A DNA stretch of 64,000 nt from contig JBBDYJ010000010.1 of the NCBI GenBank assembly GCA_040901675.1, forward strand, positions 92,876 through 156,875. The letters run 5' to 3'. Positions within the stretch are counted from its first letter, which is position 1, and the number at the start of each line of letters is the position of its first letter. The notes below the pieces were generated by a model. The model had not been told where the DNA came from and searched no databases. It saw only the letters and a list, made by a program, of their open reading frames with translations. The position numbers and the translations under genes were made by a program. This DNA is from Pirellulales bacterium. GTDB lineage: Bacteria > Planctomycetota > Planctomycetia > Pirellulales > JAICIG01. Of the stretch, positions 19,817 through 29,518 are shown piece by piece.

Positions 19817-20500
19817 ATGAAGATGGCTGCCCGCATCGTCGACCTGCACAAGGATTACGTCCTGGGAGGCGAGGTCGTGCACGCGCTGCGGGGAGTTACC
19901 CTCGACATCCCCGAAGGGGACTACGTGGCGATCATGGGCCCTTCCGGCTCAGGCAAGAGCACCCTGTTGAATCTGATCGGCTGCCTGGACAGGCCGACGG
20001 CGGGGAGCTTTTACCTGGGCGACGAGGACGTGGCCCAACTGGACGACGACGAGCTCTCGGAAATCCGGGCCGCCAGGATCGGCTTTGTCTTCCAGTCGTA
20101 TAACCTGATCCCCCAGTTGACCGTGCTGGAAAACATCGAAGTGCCCCTCTACTACCTGGGGCAGCTCACGCCGGCCGACCGCGACCGCTGCATCGAGCTG
20201 GCCGAAATGGTGGGACTGGGAAACCGCCTCTCGCACCGGCCGTCGCAGTTGTCGGGCGGCCAGCAGCAACGAGCCGGCATCGCCCGCAGCCTGGCCAACA
20301 ACCCCTACTTCATGCTGGCCGACGAGCCGACCGGAAACCTCGACTCGGTCACTACGGGCGAGATCCTGGCCCTGCTCGACGAGCTGAACGCCGCCGGCAA
20401 GACCATCATCATCGTCACCCACGAACCCGACGTGGCCGCACGCACCCGCCGGATCATCCGTTTGCACGACGGGTATGTCCAATCCGACACGCCTACCTGA
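19817..20500 (+). CDS. ABC transporter ATP-binding protein (LolD/MacB-like)
   Basis: GPSGSGKS, LSGGQQQR, ADEPTGNLD. Confidence 0.93.
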   Translation: MKMAARIVDLHKDYVLGGEVVHALRGVTLDIPEGDYVAIMGPSGSGKSTLLNLIGCLDRPTAGSFYLGDEDVAQLDDDELSEIRAARIGFVFQSYNLIPQLTVLENIEVPLYYLGQLTPADRDRCIELAEMVGLGNRLSHRPSQLSGGQQQRAGIARSLANNPYFMLADEPTGNLDSVTTGEILALLDELNAAGKTIIIVTHEPDVAARTRRIIRLHDGYVQSDTPT

Positions 20501-20514
20501 AAGCCGAACGGCGC

Positions 20515-21756
20515 TCATCCGCCAGACGGTAATCCCGTTGCACTCGCATCCTCCCTTCCCCCCTTCTCCCCTTCCCCCCTTCCCCCCTTCCCCGCTTCAG
20601 CGGCCAACGCGTCGACCAGCCTCTCGATCATGGCGGGCGTGTGGACCCAGCTCAGGCTGATCCGCAGCAGCGACTGCCCCGCAGGCACCGTGGGAGGTCG
20701 AATCGCCGGCACCGCCAGGCCTCGGCGGATCAACGACTCACTCAGGGCCACCGCGCGGGCCGGCTCGCCCACCAGCAGCGGAATAATCTGGCTGGCCGAA
20801 GCGCCGACGCGCCACCCCTGGGCTTCGAGCCGGCCGCGGCACTTCGCTGCTTGAGCCAGCAGCGCCAAGCGCCGCTCCGGCTCGTTTTGCACGATCTGGA
20901 GGGCCGCCATCGCGGCGGCGGCGGCCGCATCGGGCGGCGCGGTGGAAAAGACGTAGGGCCGAGCCTTGTTCACCAGCCATTCGATCAAGCGGCGGCTCCC
21001 GCAGACAAAGCCTCCGATGCCTCCCAGCGCCTTGCTGAGCGTGCCCACCCGCACGGCCACGTCGTGTTCAATGCCGAAGTGCTCGGACACGCCCCGGCCC
21101 AGCCGCCCAAAGACGCCCGTGGCGTGGGCCTCGTCCACCAGCAGCATCGCGCCGTATCGCCTGGCCAGCCGGGCCAGCTCGCCCAGCGGTGCCAGGTCGC
21201 CACCCATGCTGAACAGGCCGTCGCTGACGATCAGCCGGCGGCGATAGGCCTGGCCCTGGCTGAGTATCTCTTGGAGGCGCTCACAGTCAGCGTGCGGATA
21301 AACGTGGACCTCGGCCCGCGAGAGGCGGCAGCCGTCGACGATGCTGGCATGGTTCAGCTCGTCGCTGTAGACCGCATCGCCCCGCCCCGCCAAGGCGGCG
21401 ATGCTGCCGGCGTTGGCCGCGAAGCCCGATGAGAACACCAGCGCCGCCTCGGTGCCTTCGAACTGGGCCAAGCGCAGCTCCAGCTCTGCGGTGAGCCTGC
21501 CGCGGCCGGATACCAGCGGGCTGGAGCCGGCGCCCCAGCCTCCCGCCAAGGCAGCCGCGACGGCGCCGGTCAGCCGCCGGTCGCCGGCCAGCCCCAGGTA
21601 ATCGTTGGCGGCAAAACTGATCAGCTCGCGGCCGTCCAGGTCGATCCGTGCCGACTGCGGGCCGCCGCGGACGCGCAGCTTTCGCGCCAGGTCGCGCGCG
21701 GCGAGCGACTCGAGCTCGCCGTCGATCCAGCCCAGCGAGTCGAGGGATTCACTCAT
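20515..21756 (-). CDS. bioF: 8-amino-7-oxononanoate synthase
   Basis: NDYLGL, NHASIVDG, DEAHATG, TLSKALG, AIRPPTVP. Confidence 0.92.
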   Translation of the reverse strand: MSESLDSLGWIDGELESLAARDLARKLRVRGGPQSARIDLDGRELISFAANDYLGLAGDRRLTGAVAAALAGGWGAGSSPLVSGRGRLTAELELRLAQFEGTEAALVFSSGFAANAGSIAALAGRGDAVYSDELNHASIVDGCRLSRAEVHVYPHADCERLQEILSQGQAYRRRLIVSDGLFSMGGDLAPLGELARLARRYGAMLLVDEAHATGVFGRLGRGVSEHFGIEHDVAVRVGTLSKALGGIGGFVCGSRRLIEWLVNKARPYVFSTAPPDAAAAAAMAALQIVQNEPERRLALLAQAAKCRGRLEAQGWRVGASASQIIPLLVGEPARAVALSESLIRRGLAVPAIRPPTVPAGQSLLRISLSWVHTPAMIERLVDALAAEAGKGGRGEGEKGGREDASATGLPSGG

Positions 21757-22231
21757 CGCCTGCCAACCGCAAGATCGCTTCGAACTCGCTTTTGCGGACC
21801 GGCTGCACCGAGAGCCGCGAACCCCGCCGCAGCAGCTCCATGTTCTTCAAAGCCGCCACCTTCCGCAAACGATCGAGCGGAATCGGCTGCGCGAAGATCT
21901 TTTCCAGGCGGATATCGACCATTTGCCAGATCGGGTTGTCGGGCGAGGACTTGGGATCGTAGTGGTCGTCCGAGCGGTCCCGGGCGGTCGGGTCGGGGTA
22001 GGCCTCGCGCACCACGACCGCCGTGCCGGCCACGGACGGCGGATTGCCGCCGGAGTGGTAGAACAGCACCCGGTCGCCCACCCGCATCTCGTCCCGCATA
22101 TAATTCCGCGCCTGGAAATTCCGTACGCCGCTCCAGCAGGTGGTCTGCTTGGGCGAGGCGGCCAGGTCGTCGATCGAAAACGACGAGGGCTCGCTCTTCA
22201 ACAGCCAATGCTTCTTTGTTTCAGGTGCCAT
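21749..22231 (-). CDS. EVE domain protein
   Basis: WLLKSEP, WSGVRNFQARNYMR, FYHS, SRLSVQPV. Confidence 0.93.
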   Translation of the reverse strand: MAPETKKHWLLKSEPSSFSIDDLAASPKQTTCWSGVRNFQARNYMRDEMRVGDRVLFYHSGGNPPSVAGTAVVVREAYPDPTARDRSDDHYDPKSSPDNPIWQMVDIRLEKIFAQPIPLDRLRKVAALKNMELLRRGSRLSVQPVRKSEFEAILRLAGDE

Positions 22232-22320
22232 CCCAAGTGCCTGCGGCGACTCGCTTTGCTAAAGTTGATGATGAAGGCCGAGCAAGATTTCAGCCGCTTG
22301 GGGCAACTACTCTTCCAGTC

Positions 22321-22899
22321 ATGACGCAATCGATCCGCGAGGCCCAGCCCGCCGCTTCCGCGAGCAGGACCCCGATCGACTGGCGGGCGGCGTTGGCCCG
22401 TCACGATCGGTGGCTGCGCACGGTTGTGCTGGCCCGGCTGGGCGAACCGCAAGCGGTCGACGAGGTCATGCAGGAAGTTTCGCTGGCTGCCGTCGAGCAG
22501 CGCTCGCCGCTGGCAGACCCGGCCAAGGTGGCCCCCTGGTTATACCGCCTGGCGGTCACGCAGGCACTCCTCTACCGGCGCCGTTTAGGCCGGTGGCGCA
22601 AGCTGACCGATGGTTATGCCAGGCGGGTGCGGCCGAGCGAGGCCGACTCCCGCACCAGCGACCCGCTCGACTGGCTGCTGGCCGACGAGCGGCGAAAACT
22701 GGTGCGGACGGCCCTGGGGCGGCTGGCCCGCCGCGACGCGGAGATCCTGCTGCTGAAGTACACCGAGGATTGGAGCTATCACCAGATTGCCGACCACCTG
22801 GGCATCGGCCACAGCGCCGTCGAGGCCCGCCTGTACAAGGCCCGCAAGCGGCTGCGGTGCGAGTTGGCGGCCCTGAACATGGTCGGAGTAGAAACCTGA
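22321..22899 (+). CDS. ECF sigma factor
   Basis: Region 2 (DEVMQE..WLYRLA) and region 4 (WSYHQIA.HLG....VEARLYKARKRL). Confidence 0.92.
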   Translation: MTQSIREAQPAASASRTPIDWRAALARHDRWLRTVVLARLGEPQAVDEVMQEVSLAAVEQRSPLADPAKVAPWLYRLAVTQALLYRRRLGRWRKLTDGYARRVRPSEADSRTSDPLDWLLADERRKLVRTALGRLARRDAEILLLKYTEDWSYHQIADHLGIGHSAVEARLYKARKRLRCELAALNMVGVET

Positions 22900-22934
22900 A
22901 CGGCCCTGGCTTCGCGCCGGGGCGAGCGGGACGC

Positions 22935-23684
22935 ATGAACACTATTCGAACGAGCTCAGAACCCGAACCCTTCGACCGCCAGCAACTGCTCGACCTCTTG
23001 GTCGACGGCGAACTGGACGCGGCGCGGCGGCGCGAACTTTTGTCCTGGTGCCGGCACGATCCGGAAGGCTGGCGGCGCTGCGCCCTGGCCTTCCTGGAAG
23101 CCCAGAGCTGGCGGCAGGAACTGGGCGCGGCCGCTCAGCCCCGTGCAGTTGCGGTGCCGGCAGTTGCACTGCCGGCAGCGCGAACCGAGTCGCTCAAGAC
23201 CCGGCCCTTGCGGTTTTGGATCGGCCCCTTGGCCATGGCAGCCAGTTTTCTGCTGGCGTTCAGTCTCGGGCTGTTGTGGCGCGGCCGGCCGCAGGACGAG
23301 CTGCCGATTGCCGATCATCGGCCAGTAGGTTCCGAGCAGGTGGCCTCCAACCAGCGGGCGGAAAAAACGCCGCACGATCAGTTGGCCGGCGGCCAGGGCG
23401 CTGCCCCGCGGCCTTTGGCCAATGTGCGCTTGGTGGTCGATGGGCCGCAAGGCGCTTCCCAGGAGTTCGAGCTGCCGGTGATGGAAGGCGGCTCGCTGGA
23501 TGAATTGCTGGCGGGGCAGGGCTCGGCGATTCCGGCCGAGGTGCAAAGAGCGTTTGAGCGGCTGGGGCACCGCGTGCGGCAGCGGCGGCAGTTGGTCCCC
23601 TTTGAACTGGAGGACGGGCGTCGCCTGATCGTGCCGGTGGACGAGGTCGACGTCCACCCGGTTGGTGACTGGTCCTTTCAATAA
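22935..23684 (+). CDS. Probable membrane-anchored anti-sigma factor
   Basis: Directly follows the ECF sigma; LDLLVDGEL N-terminus; single TM (AMAASFLLAFSLG). Confidence 0.75.
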   Translation: MNTIRTSSEPEPFDRQQLLDLLVDGELDAARRRELLSWCRHDPEGWRRCALAFLEAQSWRQELGAAAQPRAVAVPAVALPAARTESLKTRPLRFWIGPLAMAASFLLAFSLGLLWRGRPQDELPIADHRPVGSEQVASNQRAEKTPHDQLAGGQGAAPRPLANVRLVVDGPQGASQEFELPVMEGGSLDELLAGQGSAIPAEVQRAFERLGHRVRQRRQLVPFELEDGRRLIVPVDEVDVHPVGDWSFQ

Positions 23685-23699
23685 GTGCCTTGACTTGGA

Positions 23700-23767
23700 G
23701 ACGGCCGAAAAACTGGCGTAATCGGAGTGGTCTGGGTGCCTGGGGCAAAGCGATAAGCGTGCCCCAG
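23700..23767 (-). repeat. REP-like hairpin of the 9.3-9.7 kb family, inverted
   Basis: GGGTGCCTGGGGCAAAGCGATAAGCGTGCCCCAG at 23734-23767, plus the reverse complement of the CCAGTTTTT(C)GGCCGTC linker at about 23700-23716. Confidence 0.8.
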
Positions 23768-23838
23768 TCGGTGTTCACAGCTTTTTCTAGGTCAATCTTG
23801 GGTTCATTTCGGTCGTTCAAACAGGAAAGGAGCTTGTG

Positions 23839-24852
23839 ATGCGGATATCCACAGACAACCTGTTGTGCAGGGCGGGCTGGCTGGGCGTGGCGGCCGGAGC
23901 GTTGCTACTGGGCAGCTCGGCACTGGCCCAGGAAATTCGAGAGGAAGTGAGCGACGTGCTCAAGTCCGATGACGATGCCGCCCCAGGTGATGTCCTGGGC
24001 GAGCACTGGATTGGAGTGATGTGCACCGACGTGCCCGACGTGCTGCGAGCGCACCTGGATCTGCCCAAGGAGCAGGGAATCCTGATCGTGGAAGTGCCGG
24101 CCGACAGTCCCGCTTCCAAAGCCGGCTTGGAAAAGAACGACGTGATCGTGGCCGTCGAGGATAAGCCGATTTCCAGCCCGAGGGAACTGCTGGAAGCGGT
24201 TCGCTCAGCCGGCGAGCGCGAGCTTACGGTTCGATATCTGCGAGGGGGTAAGGAGCATGCCGCCATGATCAAGCCGGCGAAACGGCCCGACGAATACCGT
24301 CCGGGGCAGCCATCGCAGCCGGGAGAGGACCAGCGGGCCATTGAGAAGTGGTTCAAGCTGCCTCTTGCTCCCTTCAGGATGCGCACGTTTCAACCGGGCA
24401 TGGTCCTGCCGCCGGGCGCCAAAGTGGACAACTCACTGCCGGACGACATGAGCGTGAACGTTTTCAAGAAAGGGGACGAGCCGGCCAAGATCACGGTGAA
24501 GCAAGCCGATGAAACCTGGGAGGTGACCGAAGACAGCCTCGACAAGCTTCCCGCCGAGATCCGCGGGCACGTCGAGCGGATGCTGGGTCGCATGCCGCTG
24601 GCGATGGGCCCCTGGAAGGACATGATCGATCGATGGTCGCCACCGGGGCGGCTGGACCCCTGGAACGACTTCAATATCGAAGTCGTCCCGCCAGACGTCG
24701 CCCCCGATCGCTTCCCTGGTCAGTTCCCTGGCCGCCGGCCCTTCACCGGCGAAGCGCCCGAAGGATTGGAGCAAACGCTCGAGCGGCTCAACCGCGAGCT
24801 AGAGCAACTGCGCAAGGCGGTCGAAAAGCTCGAAGACAAAGCTGGGACCTAG
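23839..24852 (+). CDS. Exported PDZ domain protein
   Basis: Signal peptide; WIGV..GILIVEV..SPA.KAGL..NDVI; AAGGAG SD. Confidence 0.85.
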   Translation: MRISTDNLLCRAGWLGVAAGALLLGSSALAQEIREEVSDVLKSDDDAAPGDVLGEHWIGVMCTDVPDVLRAHLDLPKEQGILIVEVPADSPASKAGLEKNDVIVAVEDKPISSPRELLEAVRSAGERELTVRYLRGGKEHAAMIKPAKRPDEYRPGQPSQPGEDQRAIEKWFKLPLAPFRMRTFQPGMVLPPGAKVDNSLPDDMSVNVFKKGDEPAKITVKQADETWEVTEDSLDKLPAEIRGHVERMLGRMPLAMGPWKDMIDRWSPPGRLDPWNDFNIEVVPPDVAPDRFPGQFPGRRPFTGEAPEGLEQTLERLNRELEQLRKAVEKLEDKAGT

Positions 24853-24856
24853 AGCA

Positions 24857-24893
24857 GGGCGGGCGCCCGTAGCCACTCGGGTGCCCGCTCTGT
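24857..24893 (+). terminator. Hairpin after the PDZ gene
   Basis: GGGCGGGCGCCCG..CGGGTGCCCGCTC stem followed by TGTTCT. Confidence 0.5.
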
Positions 24894-24915
24894 TCTATCC
24901 GAGCGAAACCCCATA

Positions 24916-25078
24916 CTAACCCGACGCGCCAGCGAGGACGCCGGACGATCCACGCCAGCGGAGGCAGAGATCTTCATGGGCCGCGGACGGGCTGGAAATC
25001 AGGCGGTCAGAGGGCAGGAAGACGTCGGCCTCAAACGGGGTAGCACGGCCAAACGCCCTCGCTAGCGCGTCGGGTTGG
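24916..25078. repeat. REPIN/MITE-like inverted repeat pair
   Basis: CTAACCCGACGCGCCAGCGAGG (24916-24937) and CCTCGCTAGCGCGTCGGGTTGG (25057-25078). Confidence 0.75.
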
Positions 25079-25110
25079 TGTTGGGCGCACTAAGCCCCAA
25101 GCTCCAACAA

Positions 25111-26331
25111 TCACTTTCTGACCTGCTCGAAGTAATTCACCCCTTTCTTGTTCGAAGTCACTACGTCCAACAGCCCGTCGCCGTTGACGTCGGCCACCTC
25201 GAACTGAGTGCCCACGCCGCTGTCGTGGTCGAACTGGTGCGGCGTCCAAACCGGCTTGCCGTCCTCGCGCGTCAGCCGGAACCAGTACATCACGGCCGGG
25301 GCTTCGGGTGCCACGTCCCCCTTGGGGCCGTGCGCCCACCAGCGCTTGCCGGTAACAAAATCCATCAGCCCATCCTGGTCGATGTCCGCCAGGCAGAGCG
25401 CGTGCGTCTGCGAGAAGCTGCGATCGATCAGGTGCGTCCGCCAGCCGTCGGCCGTCTGCTCGTGCCACCAGATGCCAATCTGGTGCGCCGCCGAAGTCAG
25501 CACGTCGTTGTCGCCGTCGCCGTCGAAATCGTAGACGTGCATCTGAGCGCAGTTCTCGCCAAAATCGACCGGATGGAACTTCCAGGGGGTCGCCTCGCCG
25601 GCCGGCGCCTCCCACCAGCCTTCCCTGACCAGTACATCCTGCCGGCCGTCGCCGTTCACGTCGCCCACCCCCAGCCCGTGCGAGTACTTCATCGCACCCG
25701 GGGCGCCCTTGTCCGAGATGGCCGCCAGCGACCAGAGCTGGTACGGATCCGACCCTCGCCTGGCGATTCCCATTCGCCTTTCCGGGCCGTCGACGTCCTC
25801 GGGATTGGGCGAAAAGCCGAGCACCAGCTCACGCTGCCCGTCCCCATCCACGTCGAGCATCGTCGGGCTTTCGTTGTTGGTCACGGGAGTCAGCACGTGC
25901 CGCTTCCAGGGCCCGCCGGCAGTCTGCGGGTTCTCGAACCACCACGTCTCCTTGCCGGGAAAATCGGCCACGATCAGGTCGGTCCAGCCGTCGCCATTGA
26001 GGTCCTCGGCCCAGTTGCAAAAGCTGTTGCTGTAGTCCAGGGGATCGTACTGCGCGGGCTTGTCGAGGACCGAATGCATCTTCCAATCCGGGGCCTCGTA
26101 CCAGACGCTGCCGGCGGCGATGTCCAGCTTGCCGTCGTTGTTAAAGTCCCCGACCGCCACGCCTTCGCTGCGGAACGTTGCGTCGAGCTGCGTGCGCTTG
26201 AAGTGGATTCCGGCCGCCTTCTTGCTCCCTTCGTCGTCCGACGCGCGGACCGACTCCGTCAAACCGCCGAGCACCAACGCCGCCGCGCCCAGCCGAACCC
26301 ACGCCAACGCCGCCCGATTCAATCCAATCAT
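25111..26331 (-). CDS. FG-GAP/VCBS repeat exported protein
   Basis: Repeated D(F/V/L)(N/D)GDGxxD motifs; signal peptide. Confidence 0.9.
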   Translation of the reverse strand: MIGLNRAALAWVRLGAAALVLGGLTESVRASDDEGSKKAAGIHFKRTQLDATFRSEGVAVGDFNNDGKLDIAAGSVWYEAPDWKMHSVLDKPAQYDPLDYSNSFCNWAEDLNGDGWTDLIVADFPGKETWWFENPQTAGGPWKRHVLTPVTNNESPTMLDVDGDGQRELVLGFSPNPEDVDGPERRMGIARRGSDPYQLWSLAAISDKGAPGAMKYSHGLGVGDVNGDGRQDVLVREGWWEAPAGEATPWKFHPVDFGENCAQMHVYDFDGDGDNDVLTSAAHQIGIWWHEQTADGWRTHLIDRSFSQTHALCLADIDQDGLMDFVTGKRWWAHGPKGDVAPEAPAVMYWFRLTREDGKPVWTPHQFDHDSGVGTQFEVADVNGDGLLDVVTSNKKGVNYFEQVRK

Positions 26332-26562
26332 CGAAGTCACCCATCCCGAAGTGAGTTGAAGGTTTTCAGCCGCTCATGCCCGATTAGTCTAATCGCCCGG
26401 CCGGCCCGGCGATAGCTTTTGGTGTGTCCTTACATTGACCGCGTCCCGCAGCGCGGTCGCGCCTGCCAGGCTTCCAGAGGCCACCGGCAGCACCTAAAAT
26501 ATTGCCGCATTCGTGCGATTGTCGCTGCGGCCGTCTTGCGATCTCGAACCAGGCCATCCGGC

Positions 26563-27426
26563 GTGAAGATACTGTTTGCCATCGCGCACTATTACCACCC
26601 GACGCCGGGCGGCCGATACGGCTCGCAGTCGGCCAAGCCCCAGCGCCGGCTGCAAGCTCTCGCCGCCTGCATCTCGGCGGTACACCAGGTGCTCGGCGGC
26701 CGGCAACGCATTCTGGACATCGCCCGGCGGCTGGCCGTGCCGGCCAACCAGTCCCTCAGCCACCAGGTCGACGTGGTGGTCGCGACGACGGGCGACCGGC
26801 ACCTGCTGGGGCAGTTGCCGGTGGCGGTCGACCTGTACCGACAGCATGCCACCCAGGCCGAGCCGCTGCTGCTGGGCTTCGAGTGCCAGGCGGTGCTCCG
26901 CGACGCCCTGGGGCAGTATGATTATTACTGCTACCTGGAAGACGACCTGGTGTTGCACGATCCCTGGTTCTTCCAGAAGCTGGCCTGGTTCGATCGCCTG
27001 GCACCGGCCGACTGCCTGCTGCAGCCCTGCCGCTACGAGATGCCGGCCTACGTGGTGGCCCACAAGCTCTACGTGGACGGCGACCTGGCGCCGCACGTGG
27101 CGGGCCGCTTTCGCCGGCAGCCGGCCCCGGGCGACGTCGAGGGCGAGACGTTGGGAGCCAGCGTGCAGTTCAGCCCGGCTTTGAACCCGCACTCGGGCTG
27201 TTACTTTCTCAACGACCGCCAGATGCGGCAGTGGGCGTCGCAGCCGCACTTTCTCGACCGCGACACGAGCTTTGTCGGCCCTCTGGAAAGCGCGGCCACG
27301 TTAGGCATCCTGAAGACGTTTCACGTCTACAAGCCGGTTGCCGGCCAGGCCGGCTTCCTGGAGATCGAGCACTTCGGCACGCAGTTTCTCAGCCTGGTCG
27401 GCAACCAGGTGCGGCTGGCCGACTAG
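26563..27426 (+). CDS. Hypothetical protein, possible GT-A-like fold
   Basis: GTG start; YDYYCYLEDDL acidic motif; codon usage typical of the window. Confidence 0.65.
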   Translation: MKILFAIAHYYHPTPGGRYGSQSAKPQRRLQALAACISAVHQVLGGRQRILDIARRLAVPANQSLSHQVDVVVATTGDRHLLGQLPVAVDLYRQHATQAEPLLLGFECQAVLRDALGQYDYYCYLEDDLVLHDPWFFQKLAWFDRLAPADCLLQPCRYEMPAYVVAHKLYVDGDLAPHVAGRFRRQPAPGDVEGETLGASVQFSPALNPHSGCYFLNDRQMRQWASQPHFLDRDTSFVGPLESAATLGILKTFHVYKPVAGQAGFLEIEHFGTQFLSLVGNQVRLAD

Positions 27427-27488
27427 ACTAGAAAGCTAGCTTAGCCTGACTGCCCGACAACCTTCAACCTTGAACAAGCTGAATCACC

Positions 27489-28886
27489 ATGTCAAACCCG
27501 CGCGATTTCGGTGCCGCCGGCGACGGCCAGACCGACGATACCGAGGCCATCCAGCACGCGATCGAGCAGGGAGACGGCCCGCTCTACTTTCCGCCCGGCG
27601 ACTACCGGATCACGCGGACGATCGTCGTGGAGCTCGCCCGGACGGGCCGCTTTGGAATGGATGGCGCGCTGGGCACGGCCAAGCTGCTGATGGCCGGGCC
27701 GGGCCCCGCATTTCACCTGGTCGGGACGCACGACAAGTCGGCGGATCCGGCCGGTTTCGCCCCTGCCGCCTGGGCCGGCCAACGTATGCCGCTGGTCCAA
27801 AACGTGGAGATCGAGGGCCGCCACCCGGAGGCGTGCGGCTTTCTAGTGGAAGGGACGATGCAGTCCACGTTTGCCGGCGTGCTCTTGCGGCAGCTTCGGG
27901 ACGGAATCCGCCTCCACCGGCGGGCCCGGAACGTGCTGGTGACTCACTGCCACATCTACGACAACCGGGGCGTCGGGATCTTCCTCGATCACGTCAACCT
28001 GCACCAGGCCATCATCACCGGTTCTCACGTCAGCTACTGCCGCGGCGGCGGCATCAAGATCGTTGGCTCCGAGATCCGCAACCTGCAGATCACCGGCAAC
28101 GACATCGAGTACAACTACGACCCGCAGGCCGCTGCCTCGGCCGACGTCTGGATCGACTGTTCCGAAGAGGGCTCCACCGTCCGCGAGGGGACGATCGTCA
28201 GCAACACCGTCCAGGCCAAGTACAGTCCCGGCGGGGCCAACGTGCGGATCATCGGCCAGCATCCCCGGGTCAACCACCGCGCGGGCCTGTGGACGATCTC
28301 CAACAACCTGATCGGCAGCCAGGAGATCAACGTGCACCTGGCGGCCTGCCGCGGCGTCACGGTCAGCGGCAACGTGATCTACAGCGGGCATGTCCGCAAC
28401 CTCCAGCTCGACGGCTCGCGAAACATCGTGCTGGCGGCCAACTGTTTCGACCACAATCCCGATTACGGCGAACAGGAGCTGTGCACCGGCGTCCGCCTGG
28501 CCGATTCGCACGACGTTGTGCTGTCAGGCAGCCTGGTTCACGACTGCCAGGCCGGCCGGCACACGGTGGCCGGCGCGCCGGAGCTGGTGCGGGAAGGGCT
28601 GTTGGAGATCGTGCGGTGCCGGCGCGTGGCCGTCAGCGGCTGCGAGGTGCTGGACGGAGCGCCGCACGGCATTTACGTGGAGGAGTCCGATGACGTGAGC
28701 ATCACCGGCTGCACGGTGCTGGATAGCCGGCTGGAGAAGAAGAGCACCGCCGCGATCTGTTTCCGGGGCACCGGCCGGGGCAACCTGGTGGCCGGAAACC
28801 GGTTGGGCGCGGGTGCGGAATCAGCCGTCGAGGCAGACGCCGCGGCCGGCGTACGGGTCGGAGAGAACTGGACCGATGGTTCTTAA
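27489..28886 (+). CDS. Right-handed parallel beta-helix (pectate lyase superfamily) protein
   Basis: DFGA.GDG.TDDT.AIQ.AI, LYFPPG.Y, repeated ITGN/ISNN. Confidence 0.88.
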   Translation: MSNPRDFGAAGDGQTDDTEAIQHAIEQGDGPLYFPPGDYRITRTIVVELARTGRFGMDGALGTAKLLMAGPGPAFHLVGTHDKSADPAGFAPAAWAGQRMPLVQNVEIEGRHPEACGFLVEGTMQSTFAGVLLRQLRDGIRLHRRARNVLVTHCHIYDNRGVGIFLDHVNLHQAIITGSHVSYCRGGGIKIVGSEIRNLQITGNDIEYNYDPQAAASADVWIDCSEEGSTVREGTIVSNTVQAKYSPGGANVRIIGQHPRVNHRAGLWTISNNLIGSQEINVHLAACRGVTVSGNVIYSGHVRNLQLDGSRNIVLAANCFDHNPDYGEQELCTGVRLADSHDVVLSGSLVHDCQAGRHTVAGAPELVREGLLEIVRCRRVAVSGCEVLDGAPHGIYVEESDDVSITGCTVLDSRLEKKSTAAICFRGTGRGNLVAGNRLGAGAESAVEADAAAGVRVGENWTDGS

Positions 28887-28889
28887 GGA

Positions 28890-29210
28890 ACTACCGATGG
28901 GCCACCACCGCCAGCGATGGCGACCTGGTTCACCTTGGCGCGCTGCCCCGCCTGCGTCGGTTGGACCTCGACGATACGCAGACTGGCGACTTTGGCCTCG
29001 CGCATCTGGCAGACCACCGCGGAATCGATTCGCTGGACCTGGACGGAACGCAGGTGAGCGACTCGGGCGTCGTGCATCTCTCCAACTTCAGCAGCCTGCA
29101 ATGGCTAAAACTTGCCAGGACTCAAATCACTGATGCTGGGCTGCTGCACTTGAAGGGGTGCGCCGCGCTTCAGTTCCTAAGTTTGGAGGAAACGGCGGTG
29201 ACCGGCACCG
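28890..29210 (+). pseudogene. Leucine-rich repeat protein fragment
   Basis: About four 24-aa LRRs (L..L.L..TQITDAGL.HL); no credible start; ends abruptly at the toxin remnant. Confidence 0.65.
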
Positions 29211-29244
29211 AGAGGATGTCCGTATCGAGGAGCGAAGCGTCCAT
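29209..29244 (-). pseudogene. N-terminal remnant of a PIN/VapC toxin
   Basis: MDASLLDTDILS begins 4 nt after the antitoxin stop, then similarity is lost. Confidence 0.6.
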
Positions 29245-29248
29245 GACT

Positions 29249-29518
29249 TTAATCGAACGAGCGGCTGGTGGTCGACCGGACAATAGACTTCTCGATCTCG
29301 TCGATCTCGTCGACCGTAAGTCCCTCGTAGACGTTGCACCAGTCGGGAAGCCCACCCACCGGCTGCCGCGCCGCATCCGGTGGAGTCGCGGCCATGTCGA
29401 GGTTCACCACGCTGATGATGATCTGCTGATTCTCGAGCAGCTCTCGTCCGACCACGTGCTCTAGCACCTCGCGGTCAGCCGAATCGATGTCCCGGACGTT
29501 GCGGACAATGTTTTCCAT
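29249..29518 (-). CDS. Small acidic protein, probable antitoxin of a PIN-type TA pair
   Basis: 89 aa, LPDWCNVYEGL..DEI.EIE C-terminus; sits directly upstream of the PIN remnant. Confidence 0.6.
   Translation of the reverse strand: MENIVRNVRDIDSADREVLEHVVGRELLENQQIIISVVNLDMAATPPDAARQPVGGLPDWCNVYEGLTVDEIDEIEKSIVRSTTSRSFD

Noticed and set aside
19817..20500. Orphan ABC ATPase as part of a novel system
   Set aside because: It is an ordinary LolD/MacB-type ATPase; its partner permease is probably encoded elsewhere and nothing else here is unusual.
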